Source: an uncultured delta proteobacterium (GTDB lineage Bacteria > Desulfobacterota > WTBG01 > CAIYCZ01 > CAIRTM01). From it: 36,634 nucleotides of DNA. Each line of letters starts with the position of its first letter. Position 1 is the first letter of the stretch. Made by a program: the position numbers and the translations under genes. A model generated the notes under the pieces. That model was given only the letters and a program-made list of their open reading frames with translations, did no database searches and was not told the origin of the DNA. Positions 1 to 11,626 of the stretch are shown here, piece by piece. Location: assembly GCA_963804955.1 (NCBI GenBank), contig CAWDSQ010000021.1, positions 1-36,634 of the forward strand. The letters are read 5' to 3'.

Positions 1-1
1 T

Positions 2-187
2 GCACTGGCAGAGCTGGAAAAAAAATGCGCCGTCTACGGGGCAGGCTGCATCAAGCGCGGCAAGACCGATGAAGGCAAAGCCTGTCTTGCGCTGCCGGAG
101 AAATATGCCTCCTCGCTGAAATCTATGGGGGGGATAAAGAAGAAGTCAGAATCCAGCAGTCAGGATCCAGCAAGAATCAGAAATTAA
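2..187 (+). CDS. 3' end of a gene running in from the left edge; probable family-2 glycosyltransferase C-terminus
   Basis: Frame 2 reads ALAELEKKCAVYGAGCIKRGKTDEGKACLALPEKY..., resembling from memory the C-terminal tail of deltaproteobacterial GT2 proteins. Stop TAA at 185-187; removing one G from the run at 127-133 would give TAA at 135-137. Confidence 0.5.
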   Translation, partial: ALAELEKKCAVYGAGCIKRGKTDEGKACLALPEKYASSLKSMGGIKKKSESSSQDPARIRN

Positions 188-259
188 GAACATTCGCCTG
201 TAAATTATATCTTTTTCCCATTCTGTATTCTGGCTACTGAATTCTGACTCCTGGCTGCT
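144..259. repeat. Inverted pair of degenerate heptamer tandem arrays (AGTCAGA/ATCCAGC ... TTCTGGC/TTCTGAC)
   Basis: agtcaga-atccagc-agtcagg-atccagc at 144-171, mirrored by ttctggc-tactgaa-ttctgac-tcctggc at about 228-255. Confidence 0.6.
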
Positions 260-312
260 TTTTTAAAGACCATAAACAGTATTAACTACTATCTACGGGA
301 CAGGGTGCTTCC

Positions 313-1117
313 ATGCCGCTCATCAGAAACAAGCTTTACTACTCTGTAAAAAAACTCACCGGCCAAGCCATCGGTGACTTCAATCTTGTAAGCGACGGCG
401 ACAGGATTGCCATTGGCATTTCAGGCGGCAAGGACTCCTACAGCCTTCTGCACATGCTTGATACGCTGCGGCGGCGTGCTCCGGTAAAGTACAGCCTTGT
501 GGCCGTCAACATTGACGCGGGCTATCCCGGCTATCGCACCGACGTGATAGAGGAGCACCTGAAGTCCTGCGGGTTTGAATACCGGATGGTGAAAACAGAC
601 ATCTACCGGATTGTTGAGGCCAAGCGCAATCCCGGGTACGTCATACTGCTCCTTCTGCGCGCGGCTGCGGCGCGGATGTCTCTACACGGCAGCTCAGGAG
701 CTTGGCTGCAACAAGCTTGCCCTCGGCCATCATCTCGACGACTTCATAGAAACGCTGCTTTTAAACCAGTTCTTCGTGGGCACGCTTGCGGCCATGAGCC
801 CCCGCATGCTTGCCGACAACGGCGTGCAGACGGTCATCCGGCCCTTTGTGTATGTTGAGGAAACGGCCATCGCACAGTTTGCCGCTGAGAACCGCTTCCC
901 CACGGTCTCATGCGCCTGCCCCGAGAGCGGCAGCTTTGATATGAACCGCAAGCGGATGAAAAACCTCATAGCATCTCTCGCCCGCGAAATTCCCAATATC
1001 CGCTCAAGCATGATAAAGGCTCTTGCCAACGTGCAGCCCCGTTATCTCATGGACGGGCGCTTCACTCCGTTTGCCGATTCTGAAACCGCTGCAATCCCGG
1101 ACGTTGAAGAGATTTGA
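313..1117 (+). CDS. ttcA: tRNA 2-thiocytidine(32) synthetase TtcA (one frameshift near 635)
   Basis: PP-loop SGGKDS in ORF 313..858; CSFC, LALGHHLDD, IRP and CACP in ORF 611..1117. Joined by removing one G in cccgggtacg. Confidence 0.92.
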
Positions 1118-1179
1118 ACCGGTGCGCCGCTAAGAATTTTGGCTTGTGCATCGCAAAAGAGACCCCATTTTCTTGTAAG

Positions 1180-1358
1180 TAATTCAACTATTTCAACAAC
1201 TAGTCCTACGACACTGGCAAATCGGCAATATATTGTTCGATGCAATGCTGGCGTCGAAACTTCAGGCCGCTCATGTTGCGACTGCGCAGGTTTCGCCAGA
1301 GCAGTTGTTCGGCATCGGTCATACGCTTTCGAAGCGCTCGTGCATTATTGACTGTCAA
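1180..1358 (-). pseudogene. Truncated DUF559 (Vsr-like) endonuclease remnant
   Basis: ARALRKRMTDAEQLLWRNLRSRNMSGLKFRRQHCIEQYIAD, then a frameshift into (F)ASVVGLVVEI; the C-terminal half is missing. Confidence 0.8.
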
Positions 1359-1359
1359 A

Positions 1360-1606
1360 GCCCCCTCATCCTGCCCTTCTCCCCCTGAGACTGTGTTGCA
1401 ATTAACTTTGCTGTCATCTCGACCCCTTCGGCTTTGCTCAGGGCAGGCTCCGGGAGAGATCTTTGTAGTAAGTAAAATCAAGGGCTTAAGATTGATGCGC
1501 AGTGGCGCAACTTGCGGACTCACCGCCTGCGGCGGATTCGAAATGACATTAATAAATCAATTGCGACACAGGCTCGCATGGGGGAGAGGGTCGGGGTGAG
1601 GTGGCA
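1360..1606. repeat. CCCCTCAYCC...CCCTCTCCC / GGGAGAGGG...GGGGTGAGG palindromic repeat interrupted by a MITE; related copy at 1709-1775
   Basis: cccctcatcctgcccttctccccc (about 1361-1385) is complementary to ggggagagggtcggggtgagg (1581-1601); ggggtgaggtggcat recurs at 1761-1775. Confidence 0.65.
1387..1575. mobile_element. Non-autonomous MITE-like element with 17-bp terminal inverted repeats and nested internal repeats
   Basis: gagactgtgttgcaatt (1387-1403) / aattgcgacacaggctc (1559-1575), 15/17 match; no transposase ORF. Confidence 0.7.
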
Positions 1607-1610
1607 TTAA

Positions 1611-1689
1611 AGGCTGGGCAAAATTAAGTGTGCCCAGCTTTCATTTAATTGATTGCAATATTGTTGGGCACGCTACGTTTTGCCTAACC
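1611..1689. repeat. Degenerate REP-like doublet (GGCTGGGCA...TGCCCA ... TGGGCACGCTACG...TTGCCTAACC)
   Basis: Two inverted palindromic units separated by an AT-rich spacer. Confidence 0.5.
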
Positions 1690-1782
1690 GGCTGTTACCA
1701 TTGTCTTTCCCCCTCTCCGCCCATGTCCCCGGTCTATACACTTTATGGGGGAAAGGGCTGGGGGTGAGGTGGCATAAAAACA

Positions 1783-4449
1783 TCAATGCGCTTCGCGCCA
1801 GTTATTGCCCCAGTTCACATCGACCTTCAGGGGCACGGACAGCTCCACAACGCCTTCCATGACGGTGCGCACAAGGGCGGCAAGCTTTTCCATCTCCGCC
1901 TCGGGCGCTTCAAACACCAGCTCGTCATGCACCTGCATGATCATGCGCGCCTGCAGGCTGCTCCCTCTCAAGGGCCGGGCCCATATGCAGCATGGCCATT
2001 TTTATAAGGTCTGCGGCCGTGCCCTGAATGGGGGCATTTATGGCTGTGCGCTCGGCAAACTTGCGCACGGCGCCATTGGTTGCGGTTATCTCGGGCAGGT
2101 AGCGCCGCCGGTTCATAAGCGTTGTCACATAGCCGTCTTTGCGGGCAGCCTCCAGCACGCCGTCGAGATAGTCGCGCACGCCGCGGTACTTGCGGAAATA
2201 ATCGTCGATATAGGCCTGAGCCGTGCGGCCGTCGATGCCCAGGGCCTTGCTCAGGCCAAATGAGCTCATGCCGTAGATGATGCCGAAGTTTATCACCTTT
2301 GCGTCGCGGCGCATGGTGGGGGTGACCAGTTCGGGCGTGACGCCCAGAATCTCCGAGGCCGTGCGGGTATGAATATCCTCATCCTTGCGGAAGGACTCGC
2401 ACAGGGTCTTGTCACCGGACATGTGCGCCAGTATCCGAAGCTCTATCTGTGAGTAGTCGGCAGACAGTATCTTCCAGCCCGGATCGCTGACAAAAGCCTC
2501 GCGTATGCGGCAGCCTTCATCGGTGCGAATGGGTATGTTCTGCAGATTCGGCTCGGAGCTGCTCAGCCGGCCCGTGGCTGTGACGGTCTGGTTATAGGAG
2601 GTGTGGATGCGGCCCGGTGGCCGGGTTTACCAGATCGGGCATATTGTCTATATAGGTTGATTTCAGCTTTGCAATGCTGCGGTATGCCAGCACCTGCTCG
2701 GGCAGCGGATGCAGATGGCCCAGCTCGTTTAAGGTCTCGACATCGGTGGCGTAGCCGGTCTTGGTTTTTTTCTGTACGGGAAGCCCGAGCTTTTCAAACA
2801 GCACCTCGCCGAGCTGCTTCGGGGAATTGATATTGAACTCGCAGCCCGCGATTTCGTAAATATTTTTCTCGATGCCGGCGATTTTTAAGCCGAATTCATC
2901 GGAGAGGCCGCGCAAATGCTCCATATCAACTTTCACGCCTACCATCTCCATCTGCGCAAGCACGGTGACCAGCGGCATTTCCAGATCATAAAAAAGTTTT
3001 TCAGCCTCTGCGGTTTTCAGCTGCGGCAGCAGCTTAGCCGCAAGCATGAGCGTGATATCGGAATCCTCGCAGGCATACTCAACAGCCTTGTCGATCGGCA
3101 CCTGGTCAAAGGTGATCATGCTTTTGCCCGAGCCTGCCACATCCTTAAACGAGATCATGCGGTGGTCGAGCTGATCAAGGGCCACGTCGTCAAGATTGTG
3201 CCGGTATTTTGACGGATTGATCACATAGGAGGCCACCATGGTGTCGCAGGCTATGCCCCGCAGCTCTATGCCGTAGCGCTTGAAAATGATGTATTCATAT
3301 TTAATATTGTGCCCGACTTTTTTTGGCGCCCCGTCCTCAAGCAGGGGCCGCAGCTTAGCTAGCAGCCGGCCCAGGTCCGGCTGGCCGGCAAGCCCCTGAT
3401 GGCCGACCGGTATATAGTAGGCTTCATGGTCCTGCACGGAAAAAGAAATGCCCACTATGTCTGCGCGCATGGCATCTATGGAGTTTGTCTCAAAATCAAG
3501 GGCAAAGGACGGGCAGCTGCGCAGCCGCGCAATGAGGGCGTCGATATCGGCAGCGCTGGTGAGCATGTGGTAGTTCTTGGTTGACAGGGGGGCAGCGGCA
3601 ACGCGATTCAAGCAGCTTTTTAAATTCAAATTTTTTATACAGGCCCCGCAGGGCCTCCTCATCGGGCTGCGGCAACTGGCAGTCGCTCCATGAAATGTCA
3701 AGGGGCACGGCCGTGTCTATGGTCACCAGCTGGCGGCTCAAATAGGCTTTCTCGCGGTTGGCAGCAAGGGCCTCTTTTGCTTTTTTCTTGGTGATGGCAT
3801 CAAGGTTTGCATATACGCCGTCAAGTGTGCCATAGGCTTTGATAAGCTCTGCTGCGGTCTTCTCGCCGATGCCGGGCACGCCGGGCACATTGTCGCTCTT
3901 GTCGCCCATGAGGCTGAATATCTCGATTATTTTTTCAGGCGGCACGCCGTATTTCTCCTGCACCTTCTCCGCGCCGGTCACGGTGCCGCGCATGGTGTCA
4001 AGCAGCGTGATGCGGTCGCTCACGAGCTGGCACATGTCCTTGTCGCCGGAAATGATCACCACGTCCAGGCCGGCGGCTTCTGCCTGCCGCGCCATGGTGC
4101 CGATCACGTCGTCGGCCTCAAAGCCCGGCTTCGCAACCGATGCGATGCTGAAGGCCGCAATGACATCCTTCATGTGGGGAATCTGTGCTGAAAGCTCATC
4201 GGGCATTTTCGGGCGGTGGGCCTTGTAGTCCTGATAGACCTCGTGCCGGAATGTGGGCTCGGGGCAGTCGAGCACCGCCGCCAGATAGTCGGGCTTCTGC
4301 TCCTTGAGCAGCTTCTGCAGCATGGTCGTAAAGCCGTAGATGGCATTGGTGGGCAGGCCCTCGGAGGTCGACAGCGGGGGCAGGGCAAAAAAAGCCCGGT
4401 AATAATATCCGCTCACGTCAATAAGATAGAGTTTTTTTCGCTCGGTCAT
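1783..4449 (-). CDS. polA: DNA polymerase I (three frameshifts near 3605, 2612 and 1975)
   Basis: 5'-3' exonuclease (LYLIDVSG, EADDVIGT, GDKSDNVPGVPGIGEKTA), 3'-5' exonuclease (DFET, GHNIKYE, DTMVASY), polymerase motifs (AKVINFGIIYG, QGTAADLIK, QVHDELVFE); ends WREAH. Confidence 0.97.
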
Positions 4450-4843
4450 GGCAGGCCCTTCAGGATGCAGGCCGGCATGCGAGCAGGCCCTGCAGTATTG
4501 TTTATAGTGAGGTTTTTGTTGATTCGGATTATGAGATTGAAAGTATACCAATTGCATGTTTCAGTCAAAGAAAAAGGGGCGGAGCATGATCCGGGCAGCC
4601 ATTCTGTTAAAATCACTGGGGCTTTATCATGTTCAGAATGACGATTCATTGCCATTGTTGCCGTAAACTGGAGCAATATCCTGCCGCGGCTGATTCTTTC
4701 GGCCTGCATGCTGTTGTTTTGTATTAGAAAATATGTTTGCAAAGCAAAAACCAGCGTGTATTATGAGATCGAGCATGACGAATTTTTATCTTTTGTTAAA
4801 AAATAGAAACTGTTTCACAGCGACATTTTTGAGGGCTTAAACA

Positions 4844-5071
4844 ATGCAGGCTATAAAAAAAATCATGGAAGTTGAAAAAGACAAAAGCATCAGCCTGAAA
4901 TCTCTTCCGTTCAAGCCGGGCAGCAGGGTTGAGGTCATCGTGATTCCCGCAACAGACCAGGCGAAGGACATTTTCAGTTTTATGGATACAGTGGTAAAAA
5001 ACAAAAAGATTGCTCCCCTCAGCACGAAACAGATTGAAAAGATAGTGCATGAAGTCAGAGCACGCAGATAA
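4844..5071 (+). CDS. Putative antitoxin (75 aa) paired with the downstream PIN toxin
   Basis: Small ORF overlapping the start of the PIN gene; N-terminal beta-type 'LPFKPGSRVEVIVIP' segment. Confidence 0.65.
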   Translation: MQAIKKIMEVEKDKSISLKSLPFKPGSRVEVIVIPATDQAKDIFSFMDTVVKNKKIAPLSTKQIEKIVHEVRARR

Positions 5072-5465
5072 AATAACAGTTGTCTTTGACACTACTGTGT
5101 TTATTTCCGGGTATCTCTGGAACGGCAAGGCCCGTGATGCCCTCCGCCAGGTAAGAAACAAAAAACACAGATTGCTTTATTGCCGGGAATTACTTGATGA
5201 ACTCATTAGGGTGCTTTCTTTAAAATTTCAGCTTGAAGTCTTTGTGGTTCATAACATAGTTCAGGATATCCATAATATCGGACACAGCATACCTATCATA
5301 TCTCGCGACGCACCGATCACTGCCGACCCAACCGATAATCTATTCATCAACCTTGCCCTCGACGGTAAAGCAGCCTGCATTGTCAGCGGTGATTCGCACC
5401 TCCTCAAATTAAAAAAGCACAAGGGCATTTCTATTGTTACGGTCGCTGATTTTTTGAAAATGTAA
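5049..5465 (+). CDS. PIN-domain (VapC-like, PIN_3 type) putative toxin
   Basis: VVFDTTVFISG, ELLDEL, DPTDNLFINLALDG and IVSGDSHLL acidic motifs. Confidence 0.88.
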   Translation: MKSEHADKITVVFDTTVFISGYLWNGKARDALRQVRNKKHRLLYCRELLDELIRVLSLKFQLEVFVVHNIVQDIHNIGHSIPIISRDAPITADPTDNLFINLALDGKAACIVSGDSHLLKLKKHKGISIVTVADFLKM

Positions 5466-5757
5466 GCTTTTCAGTCATTCCATCCGGACAAATTGGTTTT
5501 GCAGACTGCCCTTTAAAAGCAAACCAGAAATAAATAAGCAGTCCGGTCATAAGCAGCGAACAGCTGTTGCCGATGATGAAAATCAAATCCCCCACATGCA
5601 GGCAATATGCTTGCAGGAGCGCCAGCCCAATCATGAGCGTCATAAGGTAGGCAATGCTCAAATCCTGAGCCTGCCGTGTTCTGTAGGTCTTTATCACCTG
5701 CGGAATGGCGCTGGCGCAGATGATGATAGAACCTACCACGCCGATTGTCTCGATCAT
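5437..5757 (-). CDS. SemiSWEET / PQ-loop three-helix membrane transporter
   Basis: IPQVIKTYRTRQAQDLS PQ-loop, three hydrophobic helices, conserved Asn in IIGN. Confidence 0.85.
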   Translation of the reverse strand: MIETIGVVGSIIICASAIPQVIKTYRTRQAQDLSIAYLMTLMIGLALLQAYCLHVGDLIFIIGNSCSLLMTGLLIYFWFAFKGQSAKPICPDGMTEKLTFSKNQRP

Positions 5758-5868
5758 GTCATCTTCTTTCCATAAAGGTTTTCATTTAACTATTTAAGAG
5801 TATAATCGACTTCGATGACAACCGTTGGCATATTGACGTTGTATACTGTTAATCAGTTTGCTTTTTAT

Positions 5869-5952
5869 TTCCCCCTTTGGAAAAGGGGGATACAGGGGGA
5901 TTTATTTAACGCCGTGAACAAATCCCCCCAACCCCCTTTGCTAAAGGGGGAA
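5869..5952. repeat. CCCCCTTT-n-AAAGGGGG-n-GGGGGATTT inverted doublet repeat
   Basis: tccccctttggaaaagggggatacagggggattt ... aaatccccccaaccccctttgctaaaggggga; second copy at 19457-19536. Confidence 0.75.
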
Positions 5953-6171
5953 TTGTTGCGCCATCCCTTTTGATGGGCGGAGCGCTAAATAGACGCATGG
6001 CCGTACAAGGAGGATTTTATGGAACGAAGACAGGCAACCTTTTGACCAGATTTTTGACTTTCTTTTCCCTGATATAAAAATTCAGGGCAAAGAAGGTGAT
6101 GGCTGATGGTGTATAAAGATGCCCTGTATCAGGTGAAGGAGAAATAAGCGACCCCCGGGTGGCCGCCTTTG

Positions 6172-6621
6172 TCATTCAACAAAGACTGTCTTGAACCCCT
6201 GCCCGTGGGCTGTTTCAAGCTGCCTGCGGTCGGAGGTGACAAAGGGGAGGGAAATCCGCATAGCTTCCTGAAATATCAGCGCCGAGGCAATATGCAGGGC
6301 ATCAAGCGATCTGATGGGAGAGCCTGCGACGCTCTGCTCAACCTTAAAATAAAAAGGAGGACCTATTTTTCTTTTATAGATTTCTTTGCGGTGCCCCACG
6401 CGAAGAACGACAATATCATTGCCCTCCATGTCAAAAATCACGCGATAATCACCGATGCGGAAACGGTAGCCGCCAAGTTCCGAATTAGTCAACCGTTCGG
6501 CGTATTGGAGTAGGTTGTCTGTAAAACGAAGGAGGGTTGCGCCAAGACGCTTTTTCACAGCGGCATCAAACCGGGCAATGTCTCTGACGGCTTTCTGCGT
6601 ATAGACCAGCCGATAGCTCAA
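6172..6621 (-). CDS. RelE/ParE-family toxin (first ~85 aa) read in frame into the C-terminal half of a VapC/PIN protein
   Basis: YRLVYTQKAVRD...YRFRIGDYRVIF...VGHRKEIYK is RelE-like; RSLDALHIASAL...FVTSDRRQ is a PIN C-terminus. Confidence 0.85.
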   Translation of the reverse strand: MSYRLVYTQKAVRDIARFDAAVKKRLGATLLRFTDNLLQYAERLTNSELGGYRFRIGDYRVIFDMEGNDIVVLRVGHRKEIYKRKIGPPFYFKVEQSVAGSPIRSLDALHIASALIFQEAMRISLPFVTSDRRQLETAHGQGFKTVFVE

Positions 6622-6818
6622 TGCCCGAACACCTCATCATGCGTTGTAACACGGCCCGCCTTATAATCCGCCCGGGCCTCCTTGATGCTTTTCAAGTACT
6701 CGGGGGAGGTTGCGGCGAGCAGTTCTTCCAGAAAATCATCCCTGTCTTTTTTGTTCATTGACTTTACGGCGCCAATAATTTCTTGTCGGGATAAAGTAAC
6801 TTTAATCTCGTTGAGCAC
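6618..6818 (-). CDS. Putative antitoxin of the RelE toxin (66 aa)
   Basis: ATGA overlap with the toxin start; C-terminal SIKEARADYKAGRVTTHDEVF typical of RelE antitoxins. Confidence 0.75.
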   Translation of the reverse strand: MLNEIKVTLSRQEIIGAVKSMNKKDRDDFLEELLAATSPEYLKSIKEARADYKAGRVTTHDEVFGH

Positions 6819-7052
6819 GGGAAACCCCTTTCACTATTCTTGTTTAAGTGTAATCACTCATTTTAATATTTTATCATTTTTGACAACTGCCTGCAACCAT
6901 ACTCAGCGATACTGTATGCCATGCATAGGTTCAGCGAAGATATGGGTGGACACATGGGGACGCTGTAGACAAATCACACAAACCATGAACCCTGCGCCAA
7001 GCGTATCAAACCGCTACCTGTTGACTCCGGCTTCCGGTCGGGGGCTTTACTT

Positions 7053-7430
7053 CTACTTATCCAGGGCTTCAATAATGTTGGCTGTAACTGTTTCAAGAAT
7101 TTCAATGAGGGTAACTTCTCTTGATTCGGCAACACCGGCAGACGTGTGGATGTGGTGAGGAAAAGTTTTTAGCTCCCGATGATGGGGCGCAGAATCCCAC
7201 CGGCGGATGAGCTTATGATGCCGATCCATGAAATGGAAGCGATACTCTCTCTGGCTGGCAAAAAACATCTCTTTAAAGTGCAGTGCTGAGCCATCCTTAA
7301 ACTGAAGGGTGCCGCCGATCATACCGACATCAGCATCTTCATCATATTCGATTTCAACTGCTTCCCGCTCAATGAGCCATTTGAGACTTGCTATCCGCTT
7401 TTGTACTTTAGCAAAATATTTTTGGATCAT
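7053..7430 (-). CDS. DUF6516 / TumE-family toxin
   Basis: YRFHF...RRWDSAPHH.ELKTFPHHIH signature. Confidence 0.85.
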   Translation of the reverse strand: MIQKYFAKVQKRIASLKWLIEREAVEIEYDEDADVGMIGGTLQFKDGSALHFKEMFFASQREYRFHFMDRHHKLIRRWDSAPHHRELKTFPHHIHTSAGVAESREVTLIEILETVTANIIEALDK

Positions 7431-7699
7431 AGCGAGAGGCTTTTAAGAATCTTTTTTTGTCCGTTTATCTTAGTATAGGCCTCATAAACAAAAAGCCAGT
7501 CGAACCATTCCTCTGCATCACCCAATTTCCCATTCCTGAATTTAAGTATAAAATCCCTGCTTTTCATTCCATGCTTTTTCTCAAATGCCTTGAGCCTGCC
7601 TGCATAATTTTCAGCTTTTGCAGCAAGGATTTTTTCTTTCAGGGCAACTCCTGATTTCAGCAACGACACTGCTTCATCTTTTACAAGAAGTTTTTGCAT
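7427..7699 (-). CDS. TumA-like antitoxin (90 aa)
   Basis: 4-bp overlap with the DUF6516 gene; LKAFEKKHGMKSRDF...GKLGDAEEWFDW motif. Confidence 0.7.
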   Translation of the reverse strand: MQKLLVKDEAVSLLKSGVALKEKILAAKAENYAGRLKAFEKKHGMKSRDFILKFRNGKLGDAEEWFDWLFVYEAYTKINGQKKILKSLSL

Positions 7700-7798
7700 G
7701 ATTCTCTTCTCCAAAGATTTCTTTTTATACATCAAACTATAGCAGAAGAACAACAAGCATGTCAAACAGGGCCGGCAGGCCGTAAGGGAACAAACCAA

Positions 7799-7860
7799 GG
7801 GGGCGCATTGCGCACCATTTCAATGGCTCTATTAAAATCGGTGCGCGGTGCGGCCCCTGC
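7799..7860. repeat. REP-like inverted doublet
   Basis: ggggcgcattgcgcacc ... ggtgcgcggtgcggcccc; a relic half (tgcgcatcgcgcaccat) lies near 32274-32290. Confidence 0.5.
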
Positions 7861-7881
7861 GATTGAAACAGGCACTTCTGA

Positions 7882-9526
<1,645 letters not shown>

Positions 9527-9669
9527 ACATTTACCTTTCCTTAAAGGATGAAAACCTGTTATAGTTCATTCTGCCAAAGCGGCTCAAACAAAGCAATTGC
9601 TTTTTGCTTGCACCTTTCCGCTTTGTTTTAATTTAAAATTTAATAAAAATATTAAAATAAATATTTTTC

Positions 9670-11400
9670 ATGGCTGAAACCAGCAAAACACCGGAAAAAC
9701 GATGGGACATGCGTGAACTGCGGCATGATCTGGGCCTGGCCCTGTCCAGCTGCCTCAATATCTCACCGCTTGTCGCGCAGGTGCTGATCAACCGCGGCAT
9801 TGAAACGCCCGAAGCGGCTCAATCCTTTCTTTCTGCGCGCCTGACAGACCTGCACTCCCCCCTGCTCATGAAAGATATGGACCGGGCAACAGAGCGCATT
9901 GCCGCTGCTCTGGCCAAAAAAGAAAAAATCTGCATCTGCGGTGACTATGATGTCGACGGCATAACCGCCACAACCGTTATGCTGCTTTTTCTGGAAAGCG
10001 CCGGGGCGCAGGTAGCATTTCATATCCCGAGCCGTCTGACGGAAGGCTATGGCATGAGCATAGCCACGGTAAAAAAACTGCATGCAGACGGCGTGTCGCT
10101 TATCATCACGGTCGACTGCGGCGTTTCAGCCTTTGATGAGGTGGCTTGCGCCCGGGCCCATGGCATTGATGTTATCGTCACCGACCACCATGAGCCCCCC
10201 GACCGGCTGCCCGAGGCCTATGCCATCATAAACCCGAAACAGAGCGGCTGCCCGTTTCCCTTCAAGGGACTCGCGGGCGTGGGCGTGGCGTTCAACCTGG
10301 TGATGGCCCTGCGCGCCAAGCTTCGCGATCGGGGATTCTGGCAAAACGGCCTGGAGCCCAATCTCAAGAACTATCTTGATCTTGTGGCCTTGGGAACCAT
10401 TGCCGATATGGTGCCCATGCTTGACGAAAACCGTATTTTCGTCCGCAACGGGCTTGAAATACTGGGGCAGGGATGCCGGCCCGGCATAAAGGCTCTTAAA
10501 AGCGTGTGCGGAATGCCCGACGGGCCTGTTGCAGCAAATATGATCGGCTTCCGTCTTGCACCCCGTCTCAATGCCGCAGGCCGCATGGCTGAGGCTGAAC
10601 TGTCCGTGCAGCTGCTGCGTACCGATAATGACGATGAAGCCATGGCCATGGCCCGCAAAATCGATGAAGAGAATACGAGGCGCCAGCAGCGCGAGCGCAG
10701 CATACTTTCCGAAGCCAGAAATATGGTCAAAAAAAATGCTGAGCTTCCCGATTCGCTCATCCTGTCCTCTCCGGGCTGGCATCCCGGCGTCATCGGCCTG
10801 TGCGCTTCGCGCCTGAGCGAAGAATTCAGCCGCCCTGCCATCCTCTTCGCCATTGATGAAAAAAGCGGCGAAGGCAAAGGATCGGCCCGCACGGTCAAAG
10901 GCTTTGACCTCTATGGCGCCATAAAAAAATGCTCCTCATTGCTCAAGGCATTCGGAGGCCACCGCGACGCGGCCGGCCTGACGGTTCATATGGACAACAT
11001 GTACCCGTTCATGCAGGCATTCAATGCCATTGTGCGCGAGCAGTTCGCATCCGGCGACTTCCAACCCATGCTGGCCATCGACGCCGAGATCCCTCTGGGT
11101 GAGCTTTCCCCCGCTCTGCTCGAACAGATAGAATCGCTTGCGCCGTTCGGCCCCGGCAATGCCGAGCCCGTTTTTTCCACCCGCGAAATACAATCCTACA
11201 GCTCCATGGTTGTGGGCAATGGCCACCTGAAGCTGAAAATAAAGGAGGACGGCCAGTTCTTCGACGCTATCGGCTTCAATATGGGGACACGCTACAGTCT
11301 GAGCAATGCGGCAATCCGCCTGGCCTTTGTACCGCAATTCAACAGCTACAATGGCCAGAAGCTCGTTCAGCTCAATCTTCGGGATATTAAAAGCCTGTAA
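9670..11400 (+). CDS. recJ: ssDNA-specific exonuclease RecJ
   Basis: GDYDVDG, TVDCG, TDHH, LGTIAD, PRLNAAGR, GGH and APFGPGN motifs. Confidence 0.97.
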   Translation: MAETSKTPEKRWDMRELRHDLGLALSSCLNISPLVAQVLINRGIETPEAAQSFLSARLTDLHSPLLMKDMDRATERIAAALAKKEKICICGDYDVDGITATTVMLLFLESAGAQVAFHIPSRLTEGYGMSIATVKKLHADGVSLIITVDCGVSAFDEVACARAHGIDVIVTDHHEPPDRLPEAYAIINPKQSGCPFPFKGLAGVGVAFNLVMALRAKLRDRGFWQNGLEPNLKNYLDLVALGTIADMVPMLDENRIFVRNGLEILGQGCRPGIKALKSVCGMPDGPVAANMIGFRLAPRLNAAGRMAEAELSVQLLRTDNDDEAMAMARKIDEENTRRQQRERSILSEARNMVKKNAELPDSLILSSPGWHPGVIGLCASRLSEEFSRPAILFAIDEKSGEGKGSARTVKGFDLYGAIKKCSSLLKAFGGHRDAAGLTVHMDNMYPFMQAFNAIVREQFASGDFQPMLAIDAEIPLGELSPALLEQIESLAPFGPGNAEPVFSTREIQSYSSMVVGNGHLKLKIKEDGQFFDAIGFNMGTRYSLSNAAIRLAFVPQFNSYNGQKLVQLNLRDIKSL

Positions 11401-11626
11401 TGCCCTTCCGTCTGCACGGCAGGCTTCCGGGACAACCGTGATACGCATGGATGCCCGGCAAAAAAACGCCCCTTACAACTTCTGCTATCCGCTCAGCCTG
11501 CACAGTATCAACTCTCACAAGCATTCATAACCGTATGGGAAAATATCGAAACACCGAAAAAAAAGTGCGGGATTTTTTAAAAAACTCTGAACCACGCACC
11601 CCGGTTCAAACCGTCGTCTGTGTGTA

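Noticed and set aside
1206..1523. 105-aa ORF as a full-length novel protein
   Set aside because: Its first half is translated repeat/MITE sequence; only the DUF559 part is protein-like.
1783..4449. polA split into separate 5' nuclease and Klenow genes, or programmed frameshifting
   Set aside because: Two of the three breaks lie inside the polymerase domain, no slippery heptamers are evident, and the pattern matches the window-wide +1 errors.
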